Below are positions 13,650-26,417 of a DNA stretch of 64,000 nucleotides, piece after piece (positions within the stretch are counted from its first letter, which is position 1; every line of letters begins with the position of its first letter). Under the pieces are notes generated by a model. The model made no database searches, was not told where the DNA came from, and saw only the letters and a program-made list of their open reading frames with translations. The stretch spans positions 129,148,001 to 129,212,000 of the forward strand of contig NC_058368.1 of NCBI RefSeq assembly GCF_018350175.1, read 5' to 3'. The translations under genes and the position numbers were made by a program. This DNA comes from Felis catus (taxonomy: Eukaryota).

Positions 13650-13870
13650 ATAATAATGATGGCAAGCACATTTAGCATTTACCGTGGTTCAGGCACTGTT
13701 CTATGTACTTTATATTAGCTATTTAATTCCTCACAACAATCCCATGAAACATGTTTTATCATCCCCCTTTTACCAATGAAACTGAATTACAGAAAGGTTG
13801 TCCAAAGCTACACAGCTAGTTAGTGGCAGATTAAAACACAGACAACTGGCTTCAAGGTCCCACTCATGCT
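13650..13870 (-). mobile_element. MIR
   Basis: aggcactgttcta...atttaattcctcacaacaatcccatga...gaaactga...cacagctagttagtggcaga core. Confidence 0.8.
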
Positions 13871-14357
13871 TCTCATGGAATTAACTGTGTTAATTGAGCA
13901 TGTGATGTATTCTTGGAACTGTAGAGGGCCCACAGAAAAATGTAAGACATGGTTCTGACCCTCAAGAAGAAAATACCACAGTGAATTGTAAAATGGATAA
14001 AACGAAGTGGATGGAAATGTCTTAACAACCATTTGGAATTTTCGTTAATGGTACAACATGTCATGAATAATTTTATTTTTATTTGGGCCAAAGAAATGCG
14101 ATTTTATGTGCGTATGTGTTGTGGGTGTTTGAAAACAAGGTAGAAGCTTATTAGCTCACCTGATAGGCCAGAGATAGTCCAGAGAACACCCACATTTTCC
14201 ATAGCTGGGTTCAACTTGACTAACCTGATCCTGCTGTCATATCACCAGTCAGGGGTTAGGAGCAGATAGTGGAAGGGAAGGACAAGCCCATGAATTTTTT
14301 TTTTTCACATGAACAAAGTATGTTTTTTTCTCCTTAATCCGTGAATCATCTCACAGA

Positions 14358-14495
14358 GCAGCGTTTATCAGAGCATGGTCCATGGACCCCCTGTATTAGA
14401 ATGACCTGAGGCACTATCAGACATGCTAACTCCTGGACCCCAACCCAGACCGGTGATTTTGACCTTCTGAGTAGGAGACACAGAAATCTGTATAA
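14358..14495. mobile_element. MER5-like hAT-Charlie relic
   Basis: tggtccatggaccccctgtattagaatgacctgagg...tcctggaccccaacccagacc. Confidence 0.55.
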
Positions 14496-15789
14496 GGAAG
14501 CTCAGTTTTAAAGATTTTTTTTTTTTTTTTTTTTTGCCTTCATCACATCCAGCATTCCCAGGTCTGTCTGAACGGTCAATTATGAAACAAGGTGGACCAG
14601 AAAGAGTAAGCTTGGAGGCTGGGCTGCATGCCAAGCCAGACCACCCCAGATATTGGAACCCTGCCGCCTTCTCTGCCAACAGCTCTTTGCAGAAGGATTT
14701 CTCTCTGCGATTCCCATGTGTCACCAGAGAAACGCCATTTGTCATGGTCAGGGGGTGCTGCTGCACACGGCTGTGACATACAGTCAGAGAATACCTATGG
14801 GCTAGATGCTGGGTGAACTCTCACTAGGTGAAAACCATGAATAGAGCATTCAGCAGAATTTTAGACAGGAATGACTTCCTAGGGTAGTCAGTACATTAGA
14901 TTACATGCACAACACCAAAAAGAAACAAACAAAAAAGTGAGCCTGGAAAAAATTTAGGTAGCAATGAACTTGGAAGACATGAGCCTTCTTAAAGTCACAC
15001 TGTGTGTGCCCCAAACAGTTTCAGATGGCCCTGCCAGCTCTGGCTCCCAGAGCTAAAAGTGCACCTGTGTCTGCTTTCAAACCATTCACTTGTGCCAAAT
15101 GATCGAATGCTTTCAGTCTTTCACAAGTCATACCTCAAACCCTCTGGTCACCTCACTGGCCATGAGATAAAGCCACTGAGCTTCCATATTGGAACCAGTA
15201 AATTTAATTTGTGGATGAAATTCCCCAAATCAATTTTGATTGCTGTCACTCTGGGAGATTTGGGGGACTCAGAACTGATGATGATGTGTGAAAAACACTT
15301 CTTTAAATTGCTAGGCAGAGAATTCACGCTCAAGGTCTCCTTGCCCTTCAGATCCCACTGGATTTTCATGAATATCCTGCTAGTGGTTCAGGTGAAATTG
15401 AAGTGGGGGTGGTGCATTTTCCTTTATCTTGATGACCTTGTCAAGTGGCTCTTTCTCTGAGCCCTTGGTTTGAAAGCCCCAAAGTTCCACCACATGCTTT
15501 ATAAAGGCAATACCTTTTCAGGCAGTGGTTTGTTCCTTTCGAGGCTTTTTTGGGAAGACTTAGTCTCACTGTGCACAAGAATCTCTCTAGACAAAGTGGC
15601 TTCCTGTATTTGCAAAGCATTTCCAACCAGCCGTGTTCTCACACCAGATGACAAATGACTTTCTGCCTCACTGATTTGGTGACTCAGGAGTCCTTGTCTG
15701 ACCCTGTTCAAGTCTAGTAAGAGAAAACCAGACAAACTCTCAGATGTTTGTTTTTTAATTAAAGAGACTTTTGAAAATATTCTTACCTA

Positions 15790-15987
15790 GAGACACCTGG
15801 GTGGCTCAGTCGGTTAAGTGTCTGACTTCGGCTCAGGTCATGGTCTCACAGTTCATGAGTTCGAGCCCCATGTTGGGCTTTGTGCTGACAGCTCAGAGCC
15901 GGGAGCCTACTTCAGATTCTGTGTCTTCGTCTCACTCTGCCCCTCCCCTGCTCATGCTCTCTCTCAAAAATAAACATTAAAAAAAAA
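15790..15987 (+). mobile_element. Can-SINE
   Basis: cacctgggtggctcagtcggttaag head and aaaaataaacattaaaaaa tail. Confidence 0.92.
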
Positions 15988-17232
15988 TTTTAATTATTAT
16001 CTGTTATTTGCCAATTGGTGCTTCTGTTTCTGGTTACTCTAAGGGGAGAAAGGCTCAGTACCTGGTAGTCATTGAGTGGATATAACCTGTTAATAACAAA
16101 TCACCAAAAGAAACGTGCCTGGCTTATCTTGTTTCTCCAATTAAAGCTCTGACAGAGGCTGTTATGGTTGTGAAGCATAATAAGGAGATTGTGTGATGTG
16201 GTAAAGATGCTTTGCTTTACCAAGAGCAGTATCCCAGATTTCTGAGTTATTACATAAAACCATGGTGATTGTGGGCTTTGCTCCAAAGGGAAGATAAATT
16301 TATCAATGGTGTAAGGCCTTTCATTTGCTCATTGAGTCCTCCAAGGCCTCCCTCTCCCAGTGTGGCTCCCTGATGGGGTCAGAACTCCTCATAAATGCTA
16401 TTGGAGACAAAGGTATTGCTAGGGCTCTGCCCTTGCCTCTGACAAGCCATGAAAGCCACAACCCCACCAAGGCAGAGAAAGAAATCAAGAAACAAACTAA
16501 TATTTCATCTTGGATAAAACTAAAAGGCATCCTGTGACCCTCACCATAATATACGAGGGAGGGCTGCCAAATGGAGTGCTATGGGAACATCTTAAAGGAG
16601 GAAGTTTCCATTTATACATCTCAGACAGTGCTGGAACAGCATAATTCTCTCACAAACCCTAGTGGCCTCAAATCCCCATCCCTTATTTGATTCAGTGGCA
16701 CTAGGATATATCACTAGATGATAGGAGCTTTTCTGGCCCCTGTGTGAAACCGAAAAGTAGCAGGGATGTGAGGCTGAATGAGGAGCATACAAAAATCATC
16801 TTTGAAGGAGACAATTTGTTGGAGAGAATGGGGAAGAGAGACTCCAATTCACACACAGTCTTATAACTGCTGATTTCTATGAAGGACAGATAGTTCGCTC
16901 ATAGGCACCACTCTATGATCATGCAGACTATTTCTGTTGGTCTGAAGCCCAGGCTAGCCTGCCGTGAGAATCTCCTGCGAAATGCTAGTCCAGGAAGAAC
17001 TAGCCTTATTGAAAGATATGTAATAATTGAAAAAGAATCAGTACAGGATCTACACAAACATGTTATAAGAAAACATGAGGAAAAGAACGAGAATAACAGA
17101 TAGGAAACAGGCACCAGAAAAATGTGGCCATCAAGTAGATGAAAATTATGACCATATCACCATGAACTCAAAAAATGTCACAAGTTGATCTAGGAACACA
17201 AAGCAGAGGCAAGAGCTCAGAGAAGAAACAGC

Positions 17233-17249
17233 TGTCGTCGTCGTCGTCG

Positions 17250-17281
<32 letters not shown>
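17233..17281. repeat. Compound (GTC)n(ATC)n trinucleotide repeat
   Basis: Seen directly. Confidence 0.9.
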
Positions 17282-17289
17282 TCCTTTTG

Positions 17290-17510
17290 CTAATTCATAA
17301 ACAGACCTTAAAATGTGCCCATCATGGTTCAAATTGCTTTTTATGTATTAACTCATCAATTCTTAAAATAGCCCTGTAAGGTAAATGCTCTCATTTTACT
17401 CAATTCAAACACAAAGTGCCAAAAGTCAAGTAACTCAATCAGATTTATGTTCCGGTAAGTGGTATCAAACCCTGACTTCAAAGCCCTCACTTTTAACCAC
17501 TATACTGTAT
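17290..17510 (-). mobile_element. MIR (diverged)
   Basis: tattaactcatcaattctt...agccctgtaaggta...ctcattttac...ctgacttcaaagccc. Confidence 0.6.
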
Positions 17511-17539
17511 GGCCCAGCAGCCGGGAGAGTCCAGGAAGG

Positions 17540-18735
17540 AGACAAAGAGAAATGAAGTACACATTGGAATAAGCACAAAAAGGAATAAACACTGATGGAA
17601 ATGCAAGAAGGACACAGAGGAAAGGACTGAGAAGCCAGCAAATTGACTTGGAAATGGAGAAAATTGTGACAAGACTAACATGAAAATAATAGAGAGGGAC
17701 ATCAGTCAAATGACATCCATAAATAATATCCCTATAGAACAGAACCAGGCAAGTAGAAGAAAATGCTCAAAGGTATTATTCAACAATATTACCAGAAATG
17801 AAAAAGACTTGAATTTCTACTATGGAAGGGCATACCACATCCCCAGAAAAATTGATACACTGAGCATCACATCCTAGTAAAGTAATTAAGCTTCACAGAT
17901 AAGGAAGGAAGCCTGTGAGCATTCTAACCAAAAAGGAAAACTTGCCTATACAGGGAAAAACAGAAGGCTGATATTAAGCTTCACGACAGAAATGGCTGAT
18001 AGTTTTTCAAACCATGGAAAGAAAATGTAAGGAATCCAAGCATTTTATACCCAGCAAATATGTTGATCAAGTGTAAAAGTAGAAGACAAACAGTTTCAAA
18101 TAGGTAAGATAAGCAGTTCTGTGGACCACTCTTTGAAGAAACTATGAGAAGGCAAATTTTTCCAGCCAAGAGATCAGTGGAAAAACTTTGGCTATAGGAA
18201 TAGTGGTAAACATAGAATCCCTACAGTTGTAGGACTAAGAATCAAAACGTGTGGAAATTATGGTTGAAATACAGAATGTAAGTGTCATACAACACTTCAC
18301 TATAGAAATCACATATTTCACCAAGTTTCTGCAAGGAAAAAAGAAAGCAAACACACTGATTTCCAAAAATTTTAGAGTTGGAGGGCAAATGCTATTTTTT
18401 TAGGAGGTAAGTGACAATAGTATAAGTAGATATAATTGCAGATGACTAGACGGAACTATTGAATAATTTCCATGATACGTCGTTAAGTAGAGGGCAAGTT
18501 AGAACAATATATATAGTATAGTATTGTGTAAAGGGCAGGGAAGATTGTGTGTGTGTGTGTTTGTATGCTATAGATGCATACATTATCTCTTGAAGAATAT
18601 GTTCAAATGTGTTAACAATGCTTACTTCCAGGGAGAGGATCTGCTTGGTTGGGATATACAGGTAGGAGGGAGACTTTTCATTCTCCAGAATTTCATACCA
18701 TGTGCTTACATTAACTGATCAATAACTTATTTTTA
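17540..18735 (+). mobile_element. Ancient L1 ORF1-like / HAL1 element
   Basis: Decayed ORF1 motifs KDLNFYYGRAYHIPRKID, FTDKE, AYTGKNRRLILSF and NPSILYPAN, followed by a 3'-end-like tail with no ORF2. Confidence 0.7.
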
Positions 18736-21134
18736 ACCCAGGCTTTGTTAAATCTTCATGAGTGTCAGGTTCACACCACTTTGTTCTTGAGCTATTTTGG
18801 GGGGTTGTTCCACTTTGGCATGTTTTGCTTGGGTCTGAGCTCCCTTTGCTGGGCTCCGGTTATCATGCTAAGCCTGTCTAAAGAGATAATGCACGATTTT
18901 CTTCTCGTCCTGGAACCTTTAAGGCCCTAGTGAGAATCACCTTTTGATAAAAAGATACCCTCCCTGGTCCTCATCCCCACCCCACCACCCCACCTCCCTG
19001 CTTCTCACCAGGGACCCTTGCCCTCGATATGAAAATCTCTCCTCCATGACCTCTGAGATCAATGTGCACCACTGGAAGGGGGAAAGCTTTAACCTTCAAT
19101 CAAGAAGGTTGGAGGAAAGCTGAGGCCCACAAAGAGGGTTAATAAAGTGACTGTTTTCTTTCTTTTGCAGACAACCTGCCACCCACTGAGGCAGGAATAG
19201 TCTGCACAAAGGACTCCGGATATAAACAGTGGCCTCTTTCTTTATTATTGATTCTAAGGGCTCAATAGAAGCCTCGGACTGAGACAGTGGAAGAGATGGC
19301 TTGTGAGTCATGCCAAATCACCACATTTCTCTGTGCCTTGAAGAATTCTGGACTTTCTGAATGGGCTCGATAGGACAACTCCTGCCAATTGAGGTCAAAT
19401 ATTGCTGATCACTTCTGCTGAGAAGGACGTTTATTCCCTTCTCATATTTGTAAATACATGCATCAGGATGTACTCTTCTCTTGCCAGCTTGACCAGTTCT
19501 TCCTGATGGAGTGCTGCCTTCCTGCTGAAGGCAGCCTGGGGTGGTGTATTCCCCCACAGAAAGGCTCCAGCCAGGACAGAAATTGCTTCGGTTCTGAGGT
19601 CTGGAGCCAAAATTTCCCCTTGGTATGAGGTTGCCGGACTAAGCTGCCTACAACAGCTCTCCTCTGGCTTGTTCCACACTGGGGTCTTCTAGGCCCTTCC
19701 GTGCATGCATCTGACCTCTTTCTCAATCACATCTTGGCCGTCTGACCCTTACCACCCCCTGGGAAACAATATAGGCAGGGCCTATGACTGTGCCAATCAC
19801 TGTGGAATGTGCTTCTCTTTTCCTACTATCTGTTGAGGCTTACTGATGCCAGACACTACCCTAGGCATTTTCTGAGTAGATATTTCATAGCAGTCTTTTG
19901 GGATTGGCAATTGAAGGTTAAAGAAGTTTCAGACATAGGCCTATTTCTACCTGACTCCAAATCTACAATTTGTTCAACTGGGTCACCATCTTATTCATTC
20001 TCCACAGTGATCCTCTGAGGTACTTACTATTATCTAGATCTCTCCTACATCACTATGCATGGTACTCTTCCTGAATCTTAAGTGGGCTGATTGAATTGAA
20101 AATCAGGGCTGAGGTGTCAACTATACGCCTATACATTTTTTTCTCTCCTTTCCCTGTCTGTCAAAAGAAGATAAGTGCTGAAGACACTGCAGAAGAAAGA
20201 AGGATTAGCAGATCTTGTTGACTGAACATAGACACACTGCTTCCTTTTCTGCCCTCTAAGATCTGGGGAACAAGGACTGTTCTGAGGCCACTGGCTTAGA
20301 ATTTGGATTTGGGAATAGGAATATTTGGAGTTAATGAGATGAATGAAAAGTGAAGTTGTAGATAATCTAAGTAGTGCCATCTTCTTTCTCCCATCCATAT
20401 GACACGTTTTGGATCATTTCACAGTAATGAAATAGGTCTTTATAGATTCATACAGCCATTTGGGATGTGAACAATTCTTAAAGGACTGGAACCACTCATG
20501 TATCTCTGTTTCTTGCTTCCTACCTTCTAGCCCTGCTTCTGAAGTCCTTACCCCCCTTCAGCTAGAGCCTCCACCCCCTCCTCAGGCCTCCTGTAAGTTG
20601 CAGAACGAGGCATGATCAGGGCAAGGGAGGGTTTAACCATCTCAGGGTGCCCTGTGTGAGGCTCACCATGATTGCTTGATTGTTGATTGGACTCCAGTCT
20701 TGGGTTGTAGAGTTGTTACTGAGTCTGAGTCCTTACACTGGGCCTAACGAGTTTTGACAGGTTTCAGCTTTATCCCCAGTCCTAGCATCCTGTTGTGGTC
20801 CAGTGACTCATATCCTCATCCCTTTACAGGGTTGGGACCCTGGCTTGTTCTTTTGAGTCCCCCTTCTAAGAGATGGAAGGTATAATTCACGTGTATTCAA
20901 ATCCAAGTCTGTATAGGAACTGTGATAGGTATTATTCCATTTTATCTTCATAAAAGTCCTAGAAATTGACGCACAAGTACTGAATAACTTACTCAAGGTT
21001 GCCCAAGTACAGATTTTTCTGTTATGACAGCTCTGTGTTTTCTACCATCACACATTTGTAACCCTAGTTTTGCCCTTCAGTTCAGAGGTTACTTTGTAGG
21101 CACAGACATCTCTTAGGGTTCAACCAGCCATGTT

Positions 21135-21765
21135 ATTTTTTTTAAATAGTTTTATTGAGACAATTTATTTACATGCCATAAAATCCGTCCATCTAGAGTA
21201 TATGATTAAGTGGTTTTAGTCTATTTTACATAGGTGTGCAGCCATCACCATAATCTTAATTTGGGATACTTTCATCACTCCAAAAAGAAACCCCGTCCTC
21301 ATTAATAGTCACTCCTGATTTTCCCCACTCTCTCCCCTCGGTAACCACTAATTTACTTTCTGTCTCCATAGATTTACCTATTTTGGAAGTTTCTTATAAA
21401 TGGGATCAAATGTGGTCTTTTTACCTGGCTTCTTTCACTTAGCGTTATATTTTCAAGGTTCATCCATGTTGTGTATGTCAGAACTTCCTTTCCTTTAATT
21501 GCTGAACAATAACCCACTTTGTGAATATAGTACATTTTGTTTATCTCTTCTTCAGTTGATGGACACTTAGGTTGTTTCCACCTTGGACCGTTATGAATAA
21601 TGCTGCTGTGAACATTCATGCACAAGTTTTATGTGGACATATGTCTTCACTACTCTTGGGTAGAGAGTAGAATTTCTGGGTCATATGGAAACTCTGTGTT
21701 TAACATTTTGAGGTGCTGTCAGAATGTTTTCAAAGTGGCTGCACCATTTTACATGCCCCATATTA
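21135..21765 (-). mobile_element. L1MB-like 3' end
   Basis: Minus-strand ORF 21374-21625 (WKQPKCPS...WMNLENITLSERSQ) and L1MB-type 3'UTR. Confidence 0.88.
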
Positions 21766-21809
21766 ACGTATGGGTATTCTAGCCATGGTTTTTTAAAAGT
21801 CATTTTGAT

Positions 21810-21960
21810 AATCCTTTTCCTCATCCATAAAAGGGAGTTAATAATTTCTACCCCACTTAGTATTTGTGAGGCTTGTAGAACAAACATAATGTGTAAAGAG
21901 GACGTATATCTCAAGCTCTGGAGTAGATGAAGTGCCTAGTAAATTGAGCTATTTCATTAT
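21810..21960 (+). mobile_element. MIR fragment
   Basis: tttcctcatccataaaagggagttaataat...tgtgagg core. Confidence 0.55.
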
Positions 21961-23619
21961 CAGACAAATGGAGGCATTTGATTCACTGCTAACTGTGCAA
22001 CAGCCATGATCAGCTATTGCATGTTTAAGGCATTCTCAGCCTTTGGTTGTTTCTTTGGCTGAAGATGGTTTCATGAAATTTCCTGTCATATCAACAGACA
22101 GAAATACTTATCTCAGAGGAGAAGTGTTTACTTTTGGAGTCTTCCCAGACTACACCCAGAGATGTCAGGACTCGAGGTAGCTCATAGACCAGCTTTTTTC
22201 TCTCTAATATGGCATCTCGGGAAGGCTTTCTGTGTCACCGAGAATCTTTAAGTGGGCCCCAGTTTGTGTGGCCTGAGTGGGTTCTTGGGTAACAGTGAGC
22301 TTCCTGTCAGTTTTACTCATTGGGACTGGATTAGGAGACAATTCTAGAATTCTCCAAGTGTCTGGAAATGCCCCATCACCACGCTCACTTCTGCCATCAC
22401 TGGGCCTGGAGAACCATGCCCACCAGGTTTCTGTTGTGAAGCCTTGGACCTACCTGGAGAAGCCCAGTAGAAACAAGGTCTGGTAGTTGGAATTCCTACT
22501 CACAGACCGAAAATTTAACAACGGGGACATGAAAACCACTCATGGCACAAAATTTGACTATTGTTGGAATTTGGCAAGATGCACACTTTACTTATAGTAG
22601 CAAAGTTCAGCCAGACAACCTGTCACCAAGTTTAAACCTTTCCCACTGTGAGCAGCCTCTGATTTGAACTCCTGTCTTTGTCCCTTTAAATATTTAGACT
22701 GGCAGCTGCTCCTTGGTCCTCCCCAGTTCTTGCTCTTAGTTGGCCCTTTGGTCCTCCCTTGGCTATGGCACATGTAGGGTAATGGCTTAGAAGAAGCCAG
22801 AGGTGTGTTTCTTCAGTCATTCATATGGTGCCATTATCATGTCTGACTCAGAGGCCAGAACCACCCTTCTAGTGGGCTGGAGATCATCTTTGCACAGAGG
22901 CTTTCTGAGGGACTGACAGCTGGGATGATCTGAGGCCTCAGGAGACTGGGACCATGCCCAGTATTCTTCATCACTCAGTCAGCTGGAGGCTGTGAAAGCT
23001 ACACTAATGAAATCAACATATAATGAGAGGATACTGAAGCCTCTGCAGGCCTGTAGAAACATCTACTTCATAGTGGCATAATCAATGATATTAGCACATT
23101 TGATGAAGACACAAGGCAGGACTAATCTGCAAGGAAACTTAGAAAAATGGGTACCTTATGGACAAATAGACCATGTGGTTCCCCTACCCCAGAGGAGAGG
23201 GAACCTCAAAACTGGGGACGTCCGGTATCTTACTCAGGGTGTTGTGGGGGCTCCAGATATTAGAAAGCAACAACCTCTTCCTCTTCCACCCTCTCCTCTT
23301 GGTATCAACACATTGGCAGCCTGGCTTATCTCTGGGCCACATGTGACCATGTTTGTGTTACCACCACTGAGAGAGATCACTGAGAATATGTAAAGCTGGA
23401 AGAACAAGGTCCAGCTTTAGGATATGGGTCTTTTGGTGACTAGGCTGCCAGCAGCCCGACCTAACAACACCTTACACCTAGCCACAGGGTGTCTTTCCAC
23501 CTCCTACCTATAGCCTTTGGAGAAAAGCTAGTGGAATGATGAGCTGATAGATATGCTGGCATTAAGCGGGGTGATCAAGGAAGGCTGCCTGAGACATGTA
23601 GGGTCTGATTTTTAAGCTG

Positions 23620-23810
23620 GAAACATTTACTGCATATCTTCTGTGTGCCTGCACTGCTCCCTGTTTTTTCTTATTTAATCATCCCAACAGCGCCCCTGAG
23701 TTTCACATTATTATCCTTACTTTATGGGTGAAAGGATTGAGATTCCGAAATGTCAGGTCGCTTCTCCACGATCACACTGCTGGTCAGAATAAGAGAGTCG
23801 TTTTTGACTC
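23620..23810 (-). mobile_element. MIR
   Basis: ttatttaatcatcccaacag...attattatccttactttat...atcacactgctggtcag. Confidence 0.65.
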
Positions 23811-24766
23811 TCATTGGAGGCTACTTTCAAAGGCCTGGAAGTATCTGGTCATTAGCCCTGGTCCCTCTTGTTCATGCCCTACCCTGGGATTATGAAGTTA
23901 AGGCCTTGCAGGAACAGAGAGGGATTTCCACCCATGTCCAGGCCATTCCCTGAGCACTAACCTGGCCAATTCCTTCTTTGTTGGGATAAAAGTGGCGCCA
24001 GGCATTGTTCTCACAAGACCCAGAATGGACAGGGCCTCAGTGAGGAGAAATACACAGCGGCTATTCTCAGTGTCAAGGCAAGGAATTCATTTGTGAAGGC
24101 ATCGGCTTCCCTGGGAAGGAAACACACGCTGGAAAGGCTCACTGCCAACAAATTCTCATCAGTATGAAGAGGAAGAAAGGCCATTTCCACTCAGATCTCC
24201 ATGTGGGAAGGGAGGAAAGGCAAACATCCTGGCCAGGGAATGAGCCGGGGGCGAGTCTCCCCGTGGGTTATGTTTGGCTGTTGTCACAGGGCTTGTGGGC
24301 CTTTGGGTTGGTTTTGAGGCCCAGGATCTTCTTTTTGGAGGCCCCAGCCTGGGCTCTTATATTCATCCCCCAAAGGCATAGTAACATGGTTTCTGGACAG
24401 GGTCCCTGATACCGAGAGCTCACAGTGTGTACAAGGACATGGGGCCTGTTCCTTTTGATACTGGATTATCTCTTCCTCTGCTCCGGTGCTCAGCCGGGCA
24501 CAACCAATCCAGAAGGAGGCTCTGGGCTTGTTTGAATAAGTATAATCAGTTTATCGACTGAGGTGGACTTGATAAGGTGTAAATCTGTGCTATACCCCGG
24601 TATCTTCCTTCCATGGCTCTGAATCATCACCTGAGTTTCTACTCAAGCTGTTTTGCCATCAAAACTAGTTTAATTATTCACAAATATTAAAAATTGAGTA
24701 TATCCAAATTAAAGTTCTAGTCACTCATATATTTCAAATCTTTGCACCTGCCCGTCCCCTATAATG

Positions 24767-24767
<1 letters not shown>

Positions 24768-24811
<44 letters not shown>
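24768..24811. repeat. (CA)n microsatellite
   Basis: Seen directly. Confidence 0.95.
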
Positions 24812-24813
<2 letters not shown>

Positions 24814-26229
24814 TACAGACACATATCCCTTCTTGGCCTGATTTGGTCTTGGAAGGCTGCACTGGGGAAGGTCTCTCTTCCTTGCTCTACCTCTTTTACT
24901 CACCCTCTTGTTATTCTGGCCCTTTCAGGATTTAGCCTACGGGAAAGGGGACATCGAAGAATAAGTGTGCAGAATCTCGAGGATGATGAGGTTATAGTCT
25001 GGCATCAGGGCACTCTGGAATTACACCAAGTGTGTTATGCTTTTATGATTCTTTGGAGACTCACCCTGTCCCTAGGGATCTCCCATTTGTAGTGACTCAC
25101 CATGGGCACTGCCTCCTCTTGTGTTCTTCCTTCCACATAGTAGTTTCCAGAAGTCCATTCCTCTCTTGGCGTCCCCTCCTCTCTTCCTGCCTTCTCAGGC
25201 TGGCACTATTCCGAGGGCCCATCTGGAACAGGCACCACATCACCTAGCCAGAGCTTTGCCTCCTGGCTCAGCCACCTGTTATCTCTGAGTCGGCAGTCAG
25301 TGTCTACGTCCTCCCTAATTCCAGCAGACACAAATCAAGCTCCCCTCTAGAGAGACTTCCTTGATGACTTCCTTAATTTCCTCCTCACTCCCTGCCCCCA
25401 CCAATAGACGGCCTCTCTCTAAAGAAATCCACAACTCTAAATCTCTAAAGAAATTTCACAACTCTCTCTAAAGAAATCCTTACCTTCAGCCTCTCCAACT
25501 TCCTCAACTCCAAAGCAGGGCTCTGGGTGGGCATTCACCCATCACCACCTCAGCTGCAGAGTGGAGAAGGCTATTGGCTAGATGACCAACACCTCACTCC
25601 AGAGTCTGAGTTTGAATAGCTATTGTTCTCAGTCTGGGGGCCTCAGGCAACACTCGGAGACAGGAAGAGTCCTGTTTAACAACTGGTTAGACAAGGTAAT
25701 GCCCAGGGAGACTCTGCACCACATACAATGTCAGCCTTCATGTCCCATTCTGAAGGGCTGGCAGGCTGGCTGTGCCCTCTCACTGCTGGAGCGCCCTGGC
25801 CTCCTCCTGTGCTTGTCTTTGCTTCCTGGATGGACATCAACCCTCCTAAAGGACCTTATTGTGGGAGAAGAGGCAAAGTGGGGCTGAAATGCTTCCACAT
25901 CATTTTAAGCCTAAGCTGCCCTGGCCAGAGAACAGGTCAAGGGCACTTCATTTTGAGGAATGTGAAAATTGAGGGGAGGATGGAAGGCAGGGCTCTGCCT
26001 TCACTCTTTTGTGAAGAGTTCAGGGGTGCAGTTTTTGAATTAGCTTTGGATGAACCACTAACCAGCAAGGGGGAATCTTAGCAAAGTCACCGAGCCCCTC
26101 TGGCCTTAGGGACTACCCCTGTAAAATGGAGCTGGGCCTCAGGTCTAAGGGCTCTTGCAGTAACAAGGTTAAAATGAAATAGACAGGAGTGGGAAGAGAC
26201 TGCTTGTCATTGGATTACTTCATTGTGTC

Positions 26230-26417
26230 CTATTGGCTGCTCCAACCTCCTGTATAGTCAGCTGAGCCCTCTGTTGAGATTGTATCACGACTCACTCTCT
26301 CCCTCTGCCCACCCATGCCTCCTTCCCTTCCCTTACAGGTGTTGGTCCCAAGAGCACTCCTGATAAACATCCTGCACAGTAATCTATGTCTGTCCTCAGG
26401 GGCACTAACTTAAGACA
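26230..26417 (+). mobile_element. ERVL LTR16-like 3' fragment
   Basis: acaggtgttggtcccaagagcactcctgataaacatcctgcac...aacttaagaca terminus. Confidence 0.6.

Noticed and set aside
19318..19726. Overlapping minus-strand ORFs; one (…RKAALHQEELVKLAREEYIL…) looks superficially protein-like
   Set aside because: I recognise no family and see no splice, poly-A or TSD evidence; a blastx would be needed, so it is not claimed.
25413..25480. Repeat-spacer-like pattern resembling a CRISPR array
   Set aside because: Mammalian DNA, only three short units, spacers similar to one another, no cas genes.
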